DNA of 54,532 nucleotides from Verrucomicrobiota bacterium (GTDB lineage Bacteria; Verrucomicrobiota; Verrucomicrobiia; Limisphaerales; Palsa-1400): the NCBI GenBank assembly GCA_049510745.1, contig JBEKYR010000036.1, positions 1 to 54,532 of the forward strand, written 5' to 3'. The position numbers and the translations under genes are program-made. Positions 11,001-20,577 of the stretch are shown piece after piece. Numbering within the stretch: the first letter of the stretch is position 1; every line of letters starts with the position of its first letter. The notes beneath the pieces are model-generated. The model was not told where the DNA came from, did no database searches, and worked only from the letters and a program-made list of their open reading frames with translations.

Positions 11001-11796
11001 GAGTTCCCGATTGCGCAGGAGCATCATATTCCAGCAGAGTTCCATTGTTCTGGATGGCTTGCGAGCCGAGAAGCTTCCCACTCTGGAGGGCTACTGTGCC
11101 ATTGCTAATGACGAACGGGCTGGCGATGACGCTATTGCCCTCCGAGAAGGGGACAGAAGCGCCAGTCCAAGTCATTGTGCCGGTCCCATCTTTTGCGACG
11201 ATCATTGGGGTGCCGTTGGCGGTGGAAAGGTAATTGTTGACTATCCAATTCCCCGTTCCGTCAAATAACAACACATGCACGGTGCCGCCGCCCGCTTCCC
11301 ACTTCACGTTTGGATAGATAGCGGCCGCGTTCGTTGAATTGTTTACCAGATCGTGGGTGGCCCCCGACGGCCGGAGAACAAGATTCAGCACATTTTGACT
11401 GTCATTCCCCCAACTAAAAGCTCCGGCGTTGCTGGCGACGTTGATTCCGAAGAGAGGAAGATTCGCGGAATCCGCAACCGGAGAGCTAATGTTCACCGAA
11501 TTGGTCTGATTCGGCGTAAGGTTCCAGTTCACTCCCAGCGTGCCAAAACCGGTGCCGGACACGGCCATCAAGCCGTAGGTCAAAAATAGATTGCTTGTTG
11601 TCAGGCCGTCCCATTGGCCCGTGTCTTGCGTGGCGCCGTTGGGGATACCATAGGGGGTCCAATTGGCGGGGTTGGCGAGGTTTGTTCCATCGCCCGCGCC
11701 GGTCCATGTATATGTCGTCTGGCCAAAGAGAGGCGTCGTTGCGAAGGTGCCGCACAAAATGACGAGGAACTTGAGAAGTGTGACGCTGGTTTTCAT
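8014..11796 (-). CDS. Secreted beta-helical protein with autotransporter-associated (passenger) beta-strand repeats, paralog B
   Basis: Signal peptide (MKTSVTLLKFLVILCG...FGQ); many LTKxGxGTLTLxGxNTYSGxTTV repeats; C-terminal LSWP...LQ...W...FYRLAP domain; no beta-barrel. Confidence 0.88.
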   Translation of the reverse strand: MKTSVTLLKFLVILCGTFATTPLFGQTTYTWTGAGDGTNLANPANWTPYGIPNGATQDTGQWDGLTTSNLFLTYGLMAVSGTGFGTLGVNWNLTPNQTNSVNISSPVADSANLPLFGINVASNAGAFSWGNDSQNVLNLVLRPSGATHDLVNNSTNAAAIYPNVKWEAGGGTVHVLLFDGTGNWIVNNYLSTANGTPMIVAKDGTGTMTWTGASVPFSEGNSVIASPFVISNGTVALQSGKLLGSQAIQNNGTLLEYDAPAQSGTLSGVISGAGPLRVNNGTLTLSGANTYTGSTTLSGGELVAGGAENGGTNGPLGVSNTISFTGGTLGFSVNNTFDYSPRFSTAASQAYSFDTGGQSVTFATGLSSSGGTLTKAGAGTLTLAGSNTYSGPTTVNAGELVFQGSMSGSGNITVADGAALGVTATGTPVAPGTLILGTSAGATLEFNNVNSTTTAPLAAGTLSSAGTLTINVNSGTLTVRRSYPLLTWTSGSAPTVALGTLSGCMGNLSISGNTLYLTITGTSYVWTGLNNGSWDLTTPNNWKQNGGPAIFTNGGPALFDDTAPGTTTVTINALVWPASVTVNNSILIYSITSSPGKDICGGTGLSKSGSATLTLSGGANTYTSVTTVSGGTLSVSALANGGSASDIGAPNNSASNLVLNGGALQYTGGGVSCDRLFTLGAGGGAIDASGSGALTLNNTGSVGFSGTGARTLTLTGADTDANTLAAALADHGGATSLTKNGAGTWVLTGTNTYSGVTTIASGTLQIGAGGASGAIGTNTITDNGSLIFDSSGTLTIGVVSGTGSVTQQGSGRVILPGNNTYSGGTAINAGTLQIGNGGATGSLYNNSPIVNNGTLIFNSTGSFTLAGYNAAISGTGQLIKQGSGLLQLLGAETYTGGTTIFPGAQLQVGSGNQGSIVGNITNNGSLLFVRQDNGFFVYSGNISGMGSVTKDVNNFNPGDVTLTGTNTYTGGTIIKGGAIILGDGVTPGAGSIVGNVLFTNSVTSFDVARTLIFNRPDNFTFSGLISGSGSTNAANMGAVLQEGFGTVTLTANNTYTGSTTVSNGTLVLVNGSVGGDLNVSGGTLLPGAVGSVGALDVGGNMSISSGTVVVTLNKALSPSNSMISVAGSITNSGGTLKLLNFGPNLVVGDHFAIFSQPVTGAAMTIVSPGFTVANHLAVNGSVTVSSVAPPGTGIITAPLSGGQLNLSWPASYTGLHLQMQTDPLTAGIGTNWVTIPGTDGGNSYSTAVSTNACVFYRLAP

Positions 11797-11861
11797 ACGC
11801 TGCAAGGTTCAAATGCTGGCTATGACGACCAACAGCCCGATCAACGTCAACGCCAGAAAGC

Positions 11862-11895
11862 GTGAGTGGGTGGCGCTCACGCACCACCCACTCAC
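11862..11895 (-). terminator. 12-bp stem hairpin between the two paralogs (terminator or mRNA-stabilising stem)
   Basis: GTGAGTGGGTGG-10 nt-CCACCCACTCAC; only a weak U-tract (GCTTTCT) on the minus strand. Confidence 0.55.
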
Positions 11896-11943
11896 ATCTG
11901 TTTTCTACTTCGCCTTATTCTTAGCTTCGTTCACTCGACTGCA

Positions 11944-14900
11944 TTACGGCGCCAGACGATAGAACACGCACACGTTCATCTGCACTGGGGCCGAGTAACT
12001 GTTGCCGGCGTCGGTTCCCGCAATGGTGACCCAGTTCTTGGTTATACCGGCCACAGCATTGGTGCTGTATTTCACCGGATCGACCTGGGTTTGCAAATGC
12101 AGGCCCGTGTAAATGGCCGGCCACGACAGGTTAATCTGCCCGCCCGAAATCGTCGCGGTGACTTGGTCCGTTCCCGGCGACGCGACGGTGGACACCTTGA
12201 CCGACCCGTTCAGAGCCAGATTGTTTGCGACAGTGAAACCTGGCGAAACAACCGTCATGACAGCACCGGTGACCGCCTGATTGAAGATGGCAAACTGGTC
12301 TCCGGCCACGACGTTCGGGCCGAAATTGAGCAGTTTCAAAGTCCCGCCGGAATTGGTGAGGGTGCTGCCGGCGACCGAGATCATGCTGTTTGATTGCGAC
12401 AACGACTTGTTCAGGGCGACCACAATGGTTCCTGATGAAATGTACATATTACCCGCCACGTTCAACGTGCCGACAGTGCCGACAGCGGCTGGAACAAGAG
12501 TGCCGCCGCTCACGTCCATGTCGCCGCCGACGGCGTTGGTGCCGTCCTCGCCGATGACGTTGAGCACCAGCGTGCCGTTGCTGACGATGGTAGCGCCGCT
12601 GTAAGTGTTCGAGCCGGTAAGCGTCAGCGTGCCGGAGCCTAGTTGCACTACTGAACCCGATCCGCTGATGACGCCGGGGAAGGTCAGGTTGGCCGAGAGG
12701 TCGAAGTCGAGCTCGCTGTTGTCAGTGACGTTATTGGTGCCGATGGAGCCGCTCGTGCCGCCCGCGCCGACTTGCAGCACGCCTGCGCTGACGGTGGTCG
12801 TGCCGTTGCTATAAGTGTTCGCGCCGGTAAGCGTCACTCTGCCGCCGCCTTCTTGCGTCACTGAACCCGCTCCGCTGATGACGTTGGTGAAAACCATGTC
12901 GTCAGGGTGGTTGAATTCGAACGTGCTGGGGACGGTATTGAGGGTGTTGTAGGTCATGGACACGTTGCCGACGATCGTGCCGGCGCCTGGGGTGGAGCCA
13001 TCGCCGAGGATGATAAAGCCGCCGTTGATGAAGGTGCCGCCGGTATAAGTGTTCGATCCGCTAAGCGTCACGTCGCCGTTGTTGGGGTTGTTGCAGTCTT
13101 TCAGCACTGAACCCGTTCCGACGATGTTCCCGCTGTAAACGAAGACGCCGTTGTCCTGGCGGACAAGTTTAAGTGTGCCGTTGTTAGTTACGACAGAACT
13201 AACCAGGGCGCCTTGGTTGCCTTCGCAAGGTTGAAACGTGGCGCCGGAGTTAATGGTCGTCCAGCCGGTATAAGTGTTGTTGCCGATAGCCTTCAGCAGG
13301 CCGCCGGAACCTTCCACAAGCACATTTCCCGATCCGCTGATGACGCCGGTGCTGGTCAAACTCAAGGAGCCTTTGCTGTTGAAGATGAACATGCCGTTGT
13401 CAACGACGGGGCCGCTGAGGTAAAGGGAGCCAGTGGTGCCGCCGTTGCCAATTTGCACCGTGCCGGCGTTGATGGTTGTGCCGCCCGAATAGGTGTTGTT
13501 GCCGGGAAGAATAACCGTGCCGCTGCCATCGTTGATAACGGAGCCGGTGCCGCTGATCGTGCCGACGGTCAGGGTGCCGGTGACGTTGAAGTCGAGGATG
13601 CCGTCGTCAGTGACGGTCCCGGTGCCGAGGGAACCGGCCGCGCCGCCCGCGCCGACTTGCAACTCCCCGCCGGCGATCGTTGTCACGCCGGAATACGTAT
13701 TGGTTCCGGTCAAAACCCATGTGCCCGCGCCGCTCTTCGTCACCGAAGTCGGGCCGCCATTGTCAGTGAGCTCGGCGGCGAGCGTGTTGGTGTCCGTGCC
13801 GTTGCCCGTCAAAATGAGCGTGCGCGGGCCGGCGCCGCTGAAGGCGACCGGGCCGGTGTTGGCTAGGGCCAACGCGGCGGAACCCGAGGCGTCAATCGTG
13901 CCGCCGCCGAGGCCGAGGGTGAACAGGCGATCAATGATCGCCCCGCCGCCGGTGTATTGCAACGTGCCGCTGTTGAACACCAGACTTGAGGCGCTCTTGT
14001 TCGCGGCGCCGATGTCACTGGCTGAACCGCCGTTGGCCAGCCCGCTGACGCTCACCGTGCCGGCGCCGAAGGTCGTGACGCCGGTGTAGGTGTTGGCGCC
14101 GCCCGACAGCGTGAGCGTTTTGTTGCCGCTCATGGTCAAGCCGGTGCTGCCGCCGATGTCGTTGGTCGGAAAACTGGAAGTGATGCTGTAAATCAAGCGG
14201 TTGTTATTAACAGTCACGCTCGACGGCTGAACGAGGGCAGTGATAGTCACGTTTGTCGCCCCTGTAGCCGTGTCGTCGAACAATGCCGGGCCGCCGTTGG
14301 CAAAAGCCGCCGGACCGCCGTTTTGTATCCAGTTCTGGGTGGTCAAGTCCCAATTGCCGCTGTTCGCGCCGGTCCAGGCGTAAGCAGTCCCAGTGACGTT
14401 CAGGGAAAGCGTGTTGCCTGAGACCGAGAGGTTGCCAATATAGCCGTTTAAAGTTCCAAGACTGACCGCCGGCGCTGAACCGCTGGTCCAGGAGAACAAC
14501 GGATAACTCTGCCCTACAGTGAACGTGCCGCTGTTGATGTTAACGGTGAGCGTGCCGGCGGAAGAAATAGTGCCCGCCGCAAGCACCGTGGCCGTCGTGC
14601 TGTTGACGTTGTTGAATTCCAAGCTCGCGCCGGAGCTTGTTCCCATAGTCAGCGTGGCCGGCGTGACTGGCGTGCCGGTGGCAGTGATGGCGAGAATCGC
14701 GCCGTCGGCCACAGTGATGTTGCCGGAGCCGGTCTTCGGGCCTGCAAATGCCAAGGTGCCGGCGTTGACGGTGGTCAGTCCGCTGTAAGTGTTCGAGCCT
14801 GCAAGTGTGAGCGTGCCCGCGCCGCCTTTGGTGAGCGTGCCGCCGCTGCTGGTCAGTCCGTTGGTGAACGTCACGAGTTGTCCAGCGGTGTTGAAGTTAT

Positions 14901-15951
14901 ATGCCTGGTTGGCCGACGGGTCGAAGCGCGAAGAGTAATCGTAGGTGTTGTTCACGCTGAATTGCAGCGTGCCACCGCCGAATGTAACAAGGTTGCTGAC
15001 ACCGAGCGGGCCGGAAGGGGTGCCCATCTCGTTGGTCTTGAGGATCAAAATGCCGCCGGCAAGGACTGTGTTGCCGGAATAGATGTTCTCGCCCTGAAGC
15101 GTGAGCGTGCCGGCGCTCACCATCAGTTCGCCGGAGCCGGAAATGATGCCGGCCAGAGTCTGCGCTTGCGAAGGAGCATCGAAGTCCAGCACACCATTGT
15201 TTGTGATGGAGTCAGTGGCGATCAGGACGTTATTCCACTCGAGGACCATTGTGCCGTTGCTGATGGTGATCGGGCTGTTGATGCCGCTATTGCCCAACGC
15301 ACCGGAGATGGAAGGGCCGTTCCAATACATTGTGCCGGGGCCCCCTTTGGAAATCAAGATTCCGGTGTTGTTGGCGTTACAAAGGGAATTGGTGACGTTC
15401 CAATTTCCTGTCCCATCAAAGAGCAGCGTATAGGTGGCGCCGCCGCCCGCCTGCCACCGCACGTTTGGATAAACGGTGGCCGCGGCCGATGAATTGTTCA
15501 CGAAATCGTGAACGGCCCCCGCCGGCCGCCCGATAAAATTCAGTATATTTGCGCTGTTATCCCCCAAAGAAAAAGCCGCGGTGGCACTGTAGTCGGCGAA
15601 TACGAAGAGGCCGATATTTCCGGTGGACCCACCCACAGGAACAATGGCCACCGAACCGACTTGGTTCGTCGTGAGGTCCAAAATGATTCCCTCTGTGCCA
15701 TAACCGGTGCTGGGCAGGCCGTTGTTGTAGGTTATAATCAGGTTCCCGGGCACTTGATTATCCCATTGGCCTGTGTCTTGGTTGGCACCGCTGGGGGGAC
15801 CACCAGCGGGGCTCCAATTGGCGGCGGTGACGATGTTTGTTCCATCGCCCGCGCCGGTCCATGTATATACCACCTGGCCAAAGACAGCCGTCGTTGCGAG
15901 GGTGCCGCACAAAATAGTGAGGAGTTTGAGAATTGGGACTCTTGTTTTCAT
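11944..15951 (-). CDS. Secreted beta-helical protein with autotransporter-associated beta-strand repeats, paralog A
   Basis: Same architecture as 8014-11796 with colinear similarity; start 15951 (MKTRVP) chosen by alignment with paralog B, alternative 15987. Confidence 0.88.
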   Translation of the reverse strand: MKTRVPILKLLTILCGTLATTAVFGQVVYTWTGAGDGTNIVTAANWSPAGGPPSGANQDTGQWDNQVPGNLIITYNNGLPSTGYGTEGIILDLTTNQVGSVAIVPVGGSTGNIGLFVFADYSATAAFSLGDNSANILNFIGRPAGAVHDFVNNSSAAATVYPNVRWQAGGGATYTLLFDGTGNWNVTNSLCNANNTGILISKGGPGTMYWNGPSISGALGNSGINSPITISNGTMVLEWNNVLIATDSITNNGVLDFDAPSQAQTLAGIISGSGELMVSAGTLTLQGENIYSGNTVLAGGILILKTNEMGTPSGPLGVSNLVTFGGGTLQFSVNNTYDYSSRFDPSANQAYNFNTAGQLVTFTNGLTSSGGTLTKGGAGTLTLAGSNTYSGLTTVNAGTLAFAGPKTGSGNITVADGAILAITATGTPVTPATLTMGTSSGASLEFNNVNSTTATVLAAGTISSAGTLTVNINSGTFTVGQSYPLFSWTSGSAPAVSLGTLNGYIGNLSVSGNTLSLNVTGTAYAWTGANSGNWDLTTQNWIQNGGPAAFANGGPALFDDTATGATNVTITALVQPSSVTVNNNRLIYSITSSFPTNDIGGSTGLTMSGNKTLTLSGGANTYTGVTTFGAGTVSVSGLANGGSASDIGAANKSASSLVFNSGTLQYTGGGAIIDRLFTLGLGGGTIDASGSAALALANTGPVAFSGAGPRTLILTGNGTDTNTLAAELTDNGGPTSVTKSGAGTWVLTGTNTYSGVTTIAGGELQVGAGGAAGSLGTGTVTDDGILDFNVTGTLTVGTISGTGSVINDGSGTVILPGNNTYSGGTTINAGTVQIGNGGTTGSLYLSGPVVDNGMFIFNSKGSLSLTSTGVISGSGNVLVEGSGGLLKAIGNNTYTGWTTINSGATFQPCEGNQGALVSSVVTNNGTLKLVRQDNGVFVYSGNIVGTGSVLKDCNNPNNGDVTLSGSNTYTGGTFINGGFIILGDGSTPGAGTIVGNVSMTYNTLNTVPSTFEFNHPDDMVFTNVISGAGSVTQEGGGRVTLTGANTYSNGTTTVSAGVLQVGAGGTSGSIGTNNVTDNSELDFDLSANLTFPGVISGSGSVVQLGSGTLTLTGSNTYSGATIVSNGTLVLNVIGEDGTNAVGGDMDVSGGTLVPAAVGTVGTLNVAGNMYISSGTIVVALNKSLSQSNSMISVAGSTLTNSGGTLKLLNFGPNVVAGDQFAIFNQAVTGAVMTVVSPGFTVANNLALNGSVKVSTVASPGTDQVTATISGGQINLSWPAIYTGLHLQTQVDPVKYSTNAVAGITKNWVTIAGTDAGNSYSAPVQMNVCVFYRLAP

Positions 15952-16165
15952 AATATGTAAGGTTTTGGAACTATTTTCTTTTTTCATTCTTTCCGTAGTT
16001 TTAGGGTTTGAGACGGTACTGCGTAATGTAAGCTATTGCTCAACAGGGGTAATCTGAGGCAAGGCTCGTGCCGCGAATGATTGGGCAAAGGCATATTGCG
16101 ATGGGGCACTGCCAAAAATGTCGGACATGGATATGATGCTATAATATTTCACGGTCCGCTGTATA

Positions 16166-16351
16166 TAGGTACAAATGCCTACAGAGTGCATCGCATACAC
16201 GGCCGGATCACCCAGAAAACCATTTGGGGCGATGACACCCCACCCTGGCATAGACACCTATTGGGCAAATACACCTACAAACTGCATCTGGTGAACACTG
16301 ATAAGAGCGTATCAAATTGCAGATCACTTTGGCAATAGGTAGAATTACCCA
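16166..16351. promoter_or_regulatory. Cluster of five 16-bp imperfect palindromes (TRGGY-N6-RCCYA), putative NarL-family regulator sites
   Basis: 16166 TAGGTacaaatGCCTA; 16226 GGGGCgatgacACCCC; 16245 CTGGCatagacACCTA; 16262 TGGGCaaatacACCTA; 16336 TAGGTagaattACCCA. Confidence 0.6.
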
Positions 16352-16459
16352 TCCAAGCGCGCAATCTCCGGTTCGGAAAAGAGCCAGTCGCTTCGAGGTC
16401 TGGCTGCGCGGTGTCAGCCGGGGCTTCCCCGGAATATAACGCCCCGGCAGAAGGCAGAG

Positions 16460-17113
16460 CTAAAAATTGGCTTTGTTGGCGAGGGCGAACTTCAAAAGGC
16501 TGTAGCAGCCGTGAAGATTGAGCTTTTGGCAAATGTTCAGGCGATGGTTTTCAACAGTCCTCACGCTGATATGCAGCAGGTCGGCGATTTCCTTGCTGGT
16601 TCGGTCTTCGGCAATGTGTTTCAAGACACGCCGCTCGGCTGGCGTCAGGTCGTCGATTTGCGGCTTGCTCAAAATAAGTTCCTTTGCCCGGTCGCTCCGT
16701 CTCTGCCCCATCCCCGACATGGACATGCTTTCAAAGGTTCGGCCCTCGGCCACCCGGTCCAGGGCGGCGAGGATTTCACCCGCGGCGTTCTCCTTGAGCA
16801 CATAGGCCTTAACCCCGGCATCCAGGGCGGCGTTAAACATGCTTTCGTCCTTGTACATGGTCAGAAAGATGACGCCCACGGCGACATTCATTTTTTGAAT
16901 GGCGCGCGCCATCTCCAGGCCGTTCATGCGTGGCATGTCTATGTCCACGATGGCAAGCTGGGGCTTCAAGTCCAGAAGCAAGCGCATGCCTTCTTCGCCG
17001 TCGGAAGCTTCGGCGACAATCCTGAAACGAGGGTTTTCTTCGATGGCCTCGCGCAAGCCGCGTCGGAACAACGGATGGTCATCGACCACCAGTATTTTCA
17101 GATCTGATTTCAT
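16460..17113 (-). CDS. NarL/FixJ-family response regulator (REC + LuxR HTH)
   Basis: VVDDHPLFRRG, DIDMP, FLTM, YVLK; LTPAERRVL...IADLLHISVRTVENHR; start 17113 or 17119. Confidence 0.93.
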   Translation of the reverse strand: MKSDLKILVVDDHPLFRRGLREAIEENPRFRIVAEASDGEEGMRLLLDLKPQLAIVDIDMPRMNGLEMARAIQKMNVAVGVIFLTMYKDESMFNAALDAGVKAYVLKENAAGEILAALDRVAEGRTFESMSMSGMGQRRSDRAKELILSKPQIDDLTPAERRVLKHIAEDRTSKEIADLLHISVRTVENHRLNICQKLNLHGCYSLLKFALANKANF

Positions 17114-20100
17114 GTCCATTTGGAGGAATTGGTATTTGGACGTTTAAACTCGCCCCTTGGCCCGGGCTGGAGTCAATGACCCAGGCGCCGCCAAGGATTT
17201 GCACGCGCTCCGCAATCCCGCTCAATCCGTAGCCGGGTCCACTCGGGCTGGCCGGCGGCGTTGTGCCCGTCACGAAGCCGCGGCCGTTGTCTCGAACCGA
17301 CAGCGAAACCGCAGCCGGCTCCTTTTTAATGATCACAGCGGCTTCGTTGGCCGCGGAATGTTTGACGACGTTGTTGATTGCTTCCTGCGCAATCCGGTAA
17401 ACGTGTATTTCGGAATCCTTGCCAAAAATCCCGTCGATGTCGTCGATGTGGGTTGTAAACTGGATGCGGCTGTTTTCAGAGGCGCGGCTGACGGTCGCCC
17501 GGATCGCCTCGGTCAACCCGAGCCGGTCCAAGTGATAGGGCCGCAAGTCCAGCGTGATTTGCCGCACTTCTTCGATGGCCTGAACCGCAATTCCGGAGAT
17601 TTCCCCCAGCCGCTTTTGCAGGAGCGGTTCATTGCCGGCCGAATGCATCGCAAGCTGGGCCTGATTGGCGATAACCAAAAGAGTTTGCCCCAAGGCGTCG
17701 TGCAGATTGGCCGCAATCCGCCGCCGTTCGCTTTCCTGGTTGGATAGAATTTGCCTGGAAAAGGCAAGCCGCGCCGCCTGATGGCGATCCAGCCGCCAGT
17801 GCAGCAGACGGATCCAAAGCACCGCTCCAACGATCATGGCGAGCAGCGCGGCGATCAGGGCCGCCGTTCTTTTCAAGGTCCACCACGGCGGCCCGCCTAA
17901 GAGCGTCACGTCTCGCGGGTCGCGCAACCAGATGTTAATCGAACCGAGAGACTGGTTTTTGACCGGAATCTTGCTGATCACCGGCGCATTCATTGGCTCG
18001 GCCTCGCAGACCCCGGTAACTCTCAACCGGCTGCCGGGCGAGATCTCCGGCAGCTTGCCTTCTTCGGCCGAAAGCGTTGCCGCGAAGATGCGTCCGCCTA
18101 CTTGAAGTTCCAGCACCTGGGTTGCTCCAACAAGTTTTTGGCTGAGCAGGCTGGCGGAGGCGTGGACCAGAGTGCCACTCTGCGTCACGGAAAGAGGCTC
18201 GCTCAGGTCCAGTTCCTTTGCTTCCAAAGGCTGGGCAGCATGCGCAAAACGAACCAAACCTTCGCTCACGATTTTACCCCGGCCACTTGGCGCGGGAAAG
18301 CCGGCAACCTCCACGACATCCGCAATTTTCAATCCTGGATTGCCAGTGGCCTGCACCCGCACGCCCCCCGACTTGTCCTGCAGGAAAAATGACTGCCGAT
18401 CTATATAGGTGACAGCACCTGCGAGCCGCACCCGGTGCGTCAAGGAAGAATCCGCACGATCAGCAAGCAAGTCGGCAATGGCGCTGATTGGAATCGCAAA
18501 AGGGGTTTCCGGCGCCTCTTTTTCCACCTCGACAAAGCGGCGGGAGGGGACCAGAAGCATGGGGGCATCCGGAGCTGTCAGCGACAGGACACCGCGAACA
18601 CGCAGCTTTGCGTCCACAAATCGAGACAAGTCACCGGACGATGTCTGGCCAACCCAAAGGCAAATAGGGCCGCCCATTCCAGCGACTGAAAGAGTGCCGT
18701 TCGAATTCACGGAATGCGCCACACCTTCCACCTCGGTCCAATGTCCGTCGCTCATTTCCATCTGAGAAAGCTGGCTGGCCTGAGTCATCGGTATAGGCAG
18801 CGGATGCCAACCGACTTCTGTGACGACCATGGGCCTGATAACAGGAATATGTTTGCCTGGCAGCAAGGCCCCGGCAAGTTCGACCAATTGCCCCACTCTC
18901 ATCTGATTCGTGAAATGCCGATTCTCAAGGGTAACAAATACTGGCGCGCTATCCTCCTGGACGAACATGTAATCATTGCCGAACACCCGGTCGTTGAACG
19001 TGACGACGCCGCGAGTCGAATAAAAACCAGTCATGGCCGAATTGGAGCTGGTGGCCACAATCGGCACAGGCCGGCCTATGCTATTGGGATCCAGGATCTT
19101 TTGATCCTCGGAAATAAATGAAACGCTGTTTTCAGCACAAGCCCAGATGAAACCCGGGGCAAGGATGCCGTTCCGGTTGTACGCCCCTTCGCAAACGCCC
19201 TGCGCGCGAACCGACAAATTGTGAATCCCGTGCAACAGCCTTGAATCCATGTGCCATGCCCGCACTTCAATGTCCGACTGCCCGTCTGACAGCTCCATGC
19301 AAACCACGTCTCCATCCAAACCGACAAACTTGACCCCGCCCTCGACCTCCACCCAGCGATAGTTGTCCTCCGGCTTCAAGCTCTCTCCTAGATTGATGGC
19401 TCCCGGCGTCGGCAACCGTCCTGGACCATGAATACTCACTCGCGCGAGCTCTACAGTTAAAGCTCCTTCGAAAGGTCTTGGCCCGGTTATGATCGCCAGA
19501 TTGCCGGCGGAAAAATTGGTCCAGTATTCGCGCAGAATTCCGTTGGTCTCGGTGAGGCCCGTCGAATAGCGATCTTCGGCCCAGGGCGCAAGATACTGGC
19601 CGTCGATGACCGATTGCGCGATCGTTGGTCCTTGCCATGCCACCGACAAATTGTCGCGCACGGTAGTTTGCTCCTGAAAGGCCTCGACGTAGTAACTTCG
19701 GCCCGCTTCCAAGTGAATGGGATCGGAACGCTGCGACGGGTAGCGGAACCACTCGTGCGGGTTGACCCAACCGAAACGCGGAATGGAGGCAATTCTTCTG
19801 ACCTTGGACACATCCTCGTTGAAGCTCAACCATAATTCGGATGAGTTGTCACTGGCAATCCAAAACGTGTATTCCCCGGTTGCGGGCGGACGCAGGTAAC
19901 CCCGCATTCGAGTCAAATAATATTCTCCCCAATCGGTTGGAGCTTCAAAAGCGCCTCGAATGTCCCAACCCGACGGACGAAGAGGATAGTCCGGAAAACT
20001 CAGGACATAGGGATGACAGTTGGAGCCTTCTATGGAAACAGACTGGCCCACCCGCGCCTGGCATTCACGCAGGCTGAAATTCAGCGCCACTGCTCCCGTC

Positions 20101-20408
20101 TCGTCCTGCAAGACGATTAAATCACGATTTGTGTCAACCAACGTGACTACGCCGGTCAAATTGAATGCGCATCCAGCGAGGTAGTCCGCCCCTGTTATGG
20201 TCCTGAGCTGTGCCACGTTGGTCACGAATTGAAACGGCTTGGCGGCCAGGCGGTCCTCATTCAAACCGGATGCCCGGTCTTGAACGTCGGACGCCAGTGC
20301 GCCGGCAGCCAGCGCGAGCAGCAGGGCTGACAGCGCACCAACATGCATGGCAGTCGCATACAATCGCCTATGTTGCCAAGGTCGGTGACGCGCGCTGAAC
20401 TCAAACAT
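17079..20408 (-). CDS. Membrane sensor histidine kinase with extracellular PA14 domain
   Basis: PA14 signature RMRGYLRPPATGEYTFWIASDNSSELWLS; TM after PPWWT; HisKA_3 ERRRIAANLHDALGQ; HATPase N, DNGRG and GYGL boxes; true start uncertain. Confidence 0.88.
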   Translation of the reverse strand: MFEFSARHRPWQHRRLYATAMHVGALSALLLALAAGALASDVQDRASGLNEDRLAAKPFQFVTNVAQLRTITGADYLAGCAFNLTGVVTLVDTNRDLIVLQDETGAVALNFSLRECQARVGQSVSIEGSNCHPYVLSFPDYPLRPSGWDIRGAFEAPTDWGEYYLTRMRGYLRPPATGEYTFWIASDNSSELWLSFNEDVSKVRRIASIPRFGWVNPHEWFRYPSQRSDPIHLEAGRSYYVEAFQEQTTVRDNLSVAWQGPTIAQSVIDGQYLAPWAEDRYSTGLTETNGILREYWTNFSAGNLAIITGPRPFEGALTVELARVSIHGPGRLPTPGAINLGESLKPEDNYRWVEVEGGVKFVGLDGDVVCMELSDGQSDIEVRAWHMDSRLLHGIHNLSVRAQGVCEGAYNRNGILAPGFIWACAENSVSFISEDQKILDPNSIGRPVPIVATSSNSAMTGFYSTRGVVTFNDRVFGNDYMFVQEDSAPVFVTLENRHFTNQMRVGQLVELAGALLPGKHIPVIRPMVVTEVGWHPLPIPMTQASQLSQMEMSDGHWTEVEGVAHSVNSNGTLSVAGMGGPICLWVGQTSSGDLSRFVDAKLRVRGVLSLTAPDAPMLLVPSRRFVEVEKEAPETPFAIPISAIADLLADRADSSLTHRVRLAGAVTYIDRQSFFLQDKSGGVRVQATGNPGLKIADVVEVAGFPAPSGRGKIVSEGLVRFAHAAQPLEAKELDLSEPLSVTQSGTLVHASASLLSQKLVGATQVLELQVGGRIFAATLSAEEGKLPEISPGSRLRVTGVCEAEPMNAPVISKIPVKNQSLGSINIWLRDPRDVTLLGGPPWWTLKRTAALIAALLAMIVGAVLWIRLLHWRLDRHQAARLAFSRQILSNQESERRRIAANLHDALGQTLLVIANQAQLAMHSAGNEPLLQKRLGEISGIAVQAIEEVRQITLDLRPYHLDRLGLTEAIRATVSRASENSRIQFTTHIDDIDGIFGKDSEIHVYRIAQEAINNVVKHSAANEAAVIIKKEPAAVSLSVRDNGRGFVTGTTPPASPSGPGYGLSGIAERVQILGGAWVIDSSPGQGASLNVQIPIPPNGHEIRSENTGGR

Positions 20409-20577
20409 AAACTCGCATCCAATTTGAAACAGATGACCGATAACACGCCTTTGATATCACTTCTGGGAGATGAACGCAAGCGGATTTGCCGCCGTCAACG
20501 ATCACGTTCCTTGCCAGAACGATTGTGTCATCATCCACGCGAGTGGCAGCCATGCCAGTTGCCAGCCGGCAATCAGA

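Noticed and set aside
8014..15987. Diversity-generating retroelement TR/VR pair between the paralogs
   Set aside because: No reverse transcriptase; both copies are full genes and differences are not evidently adenine-specific
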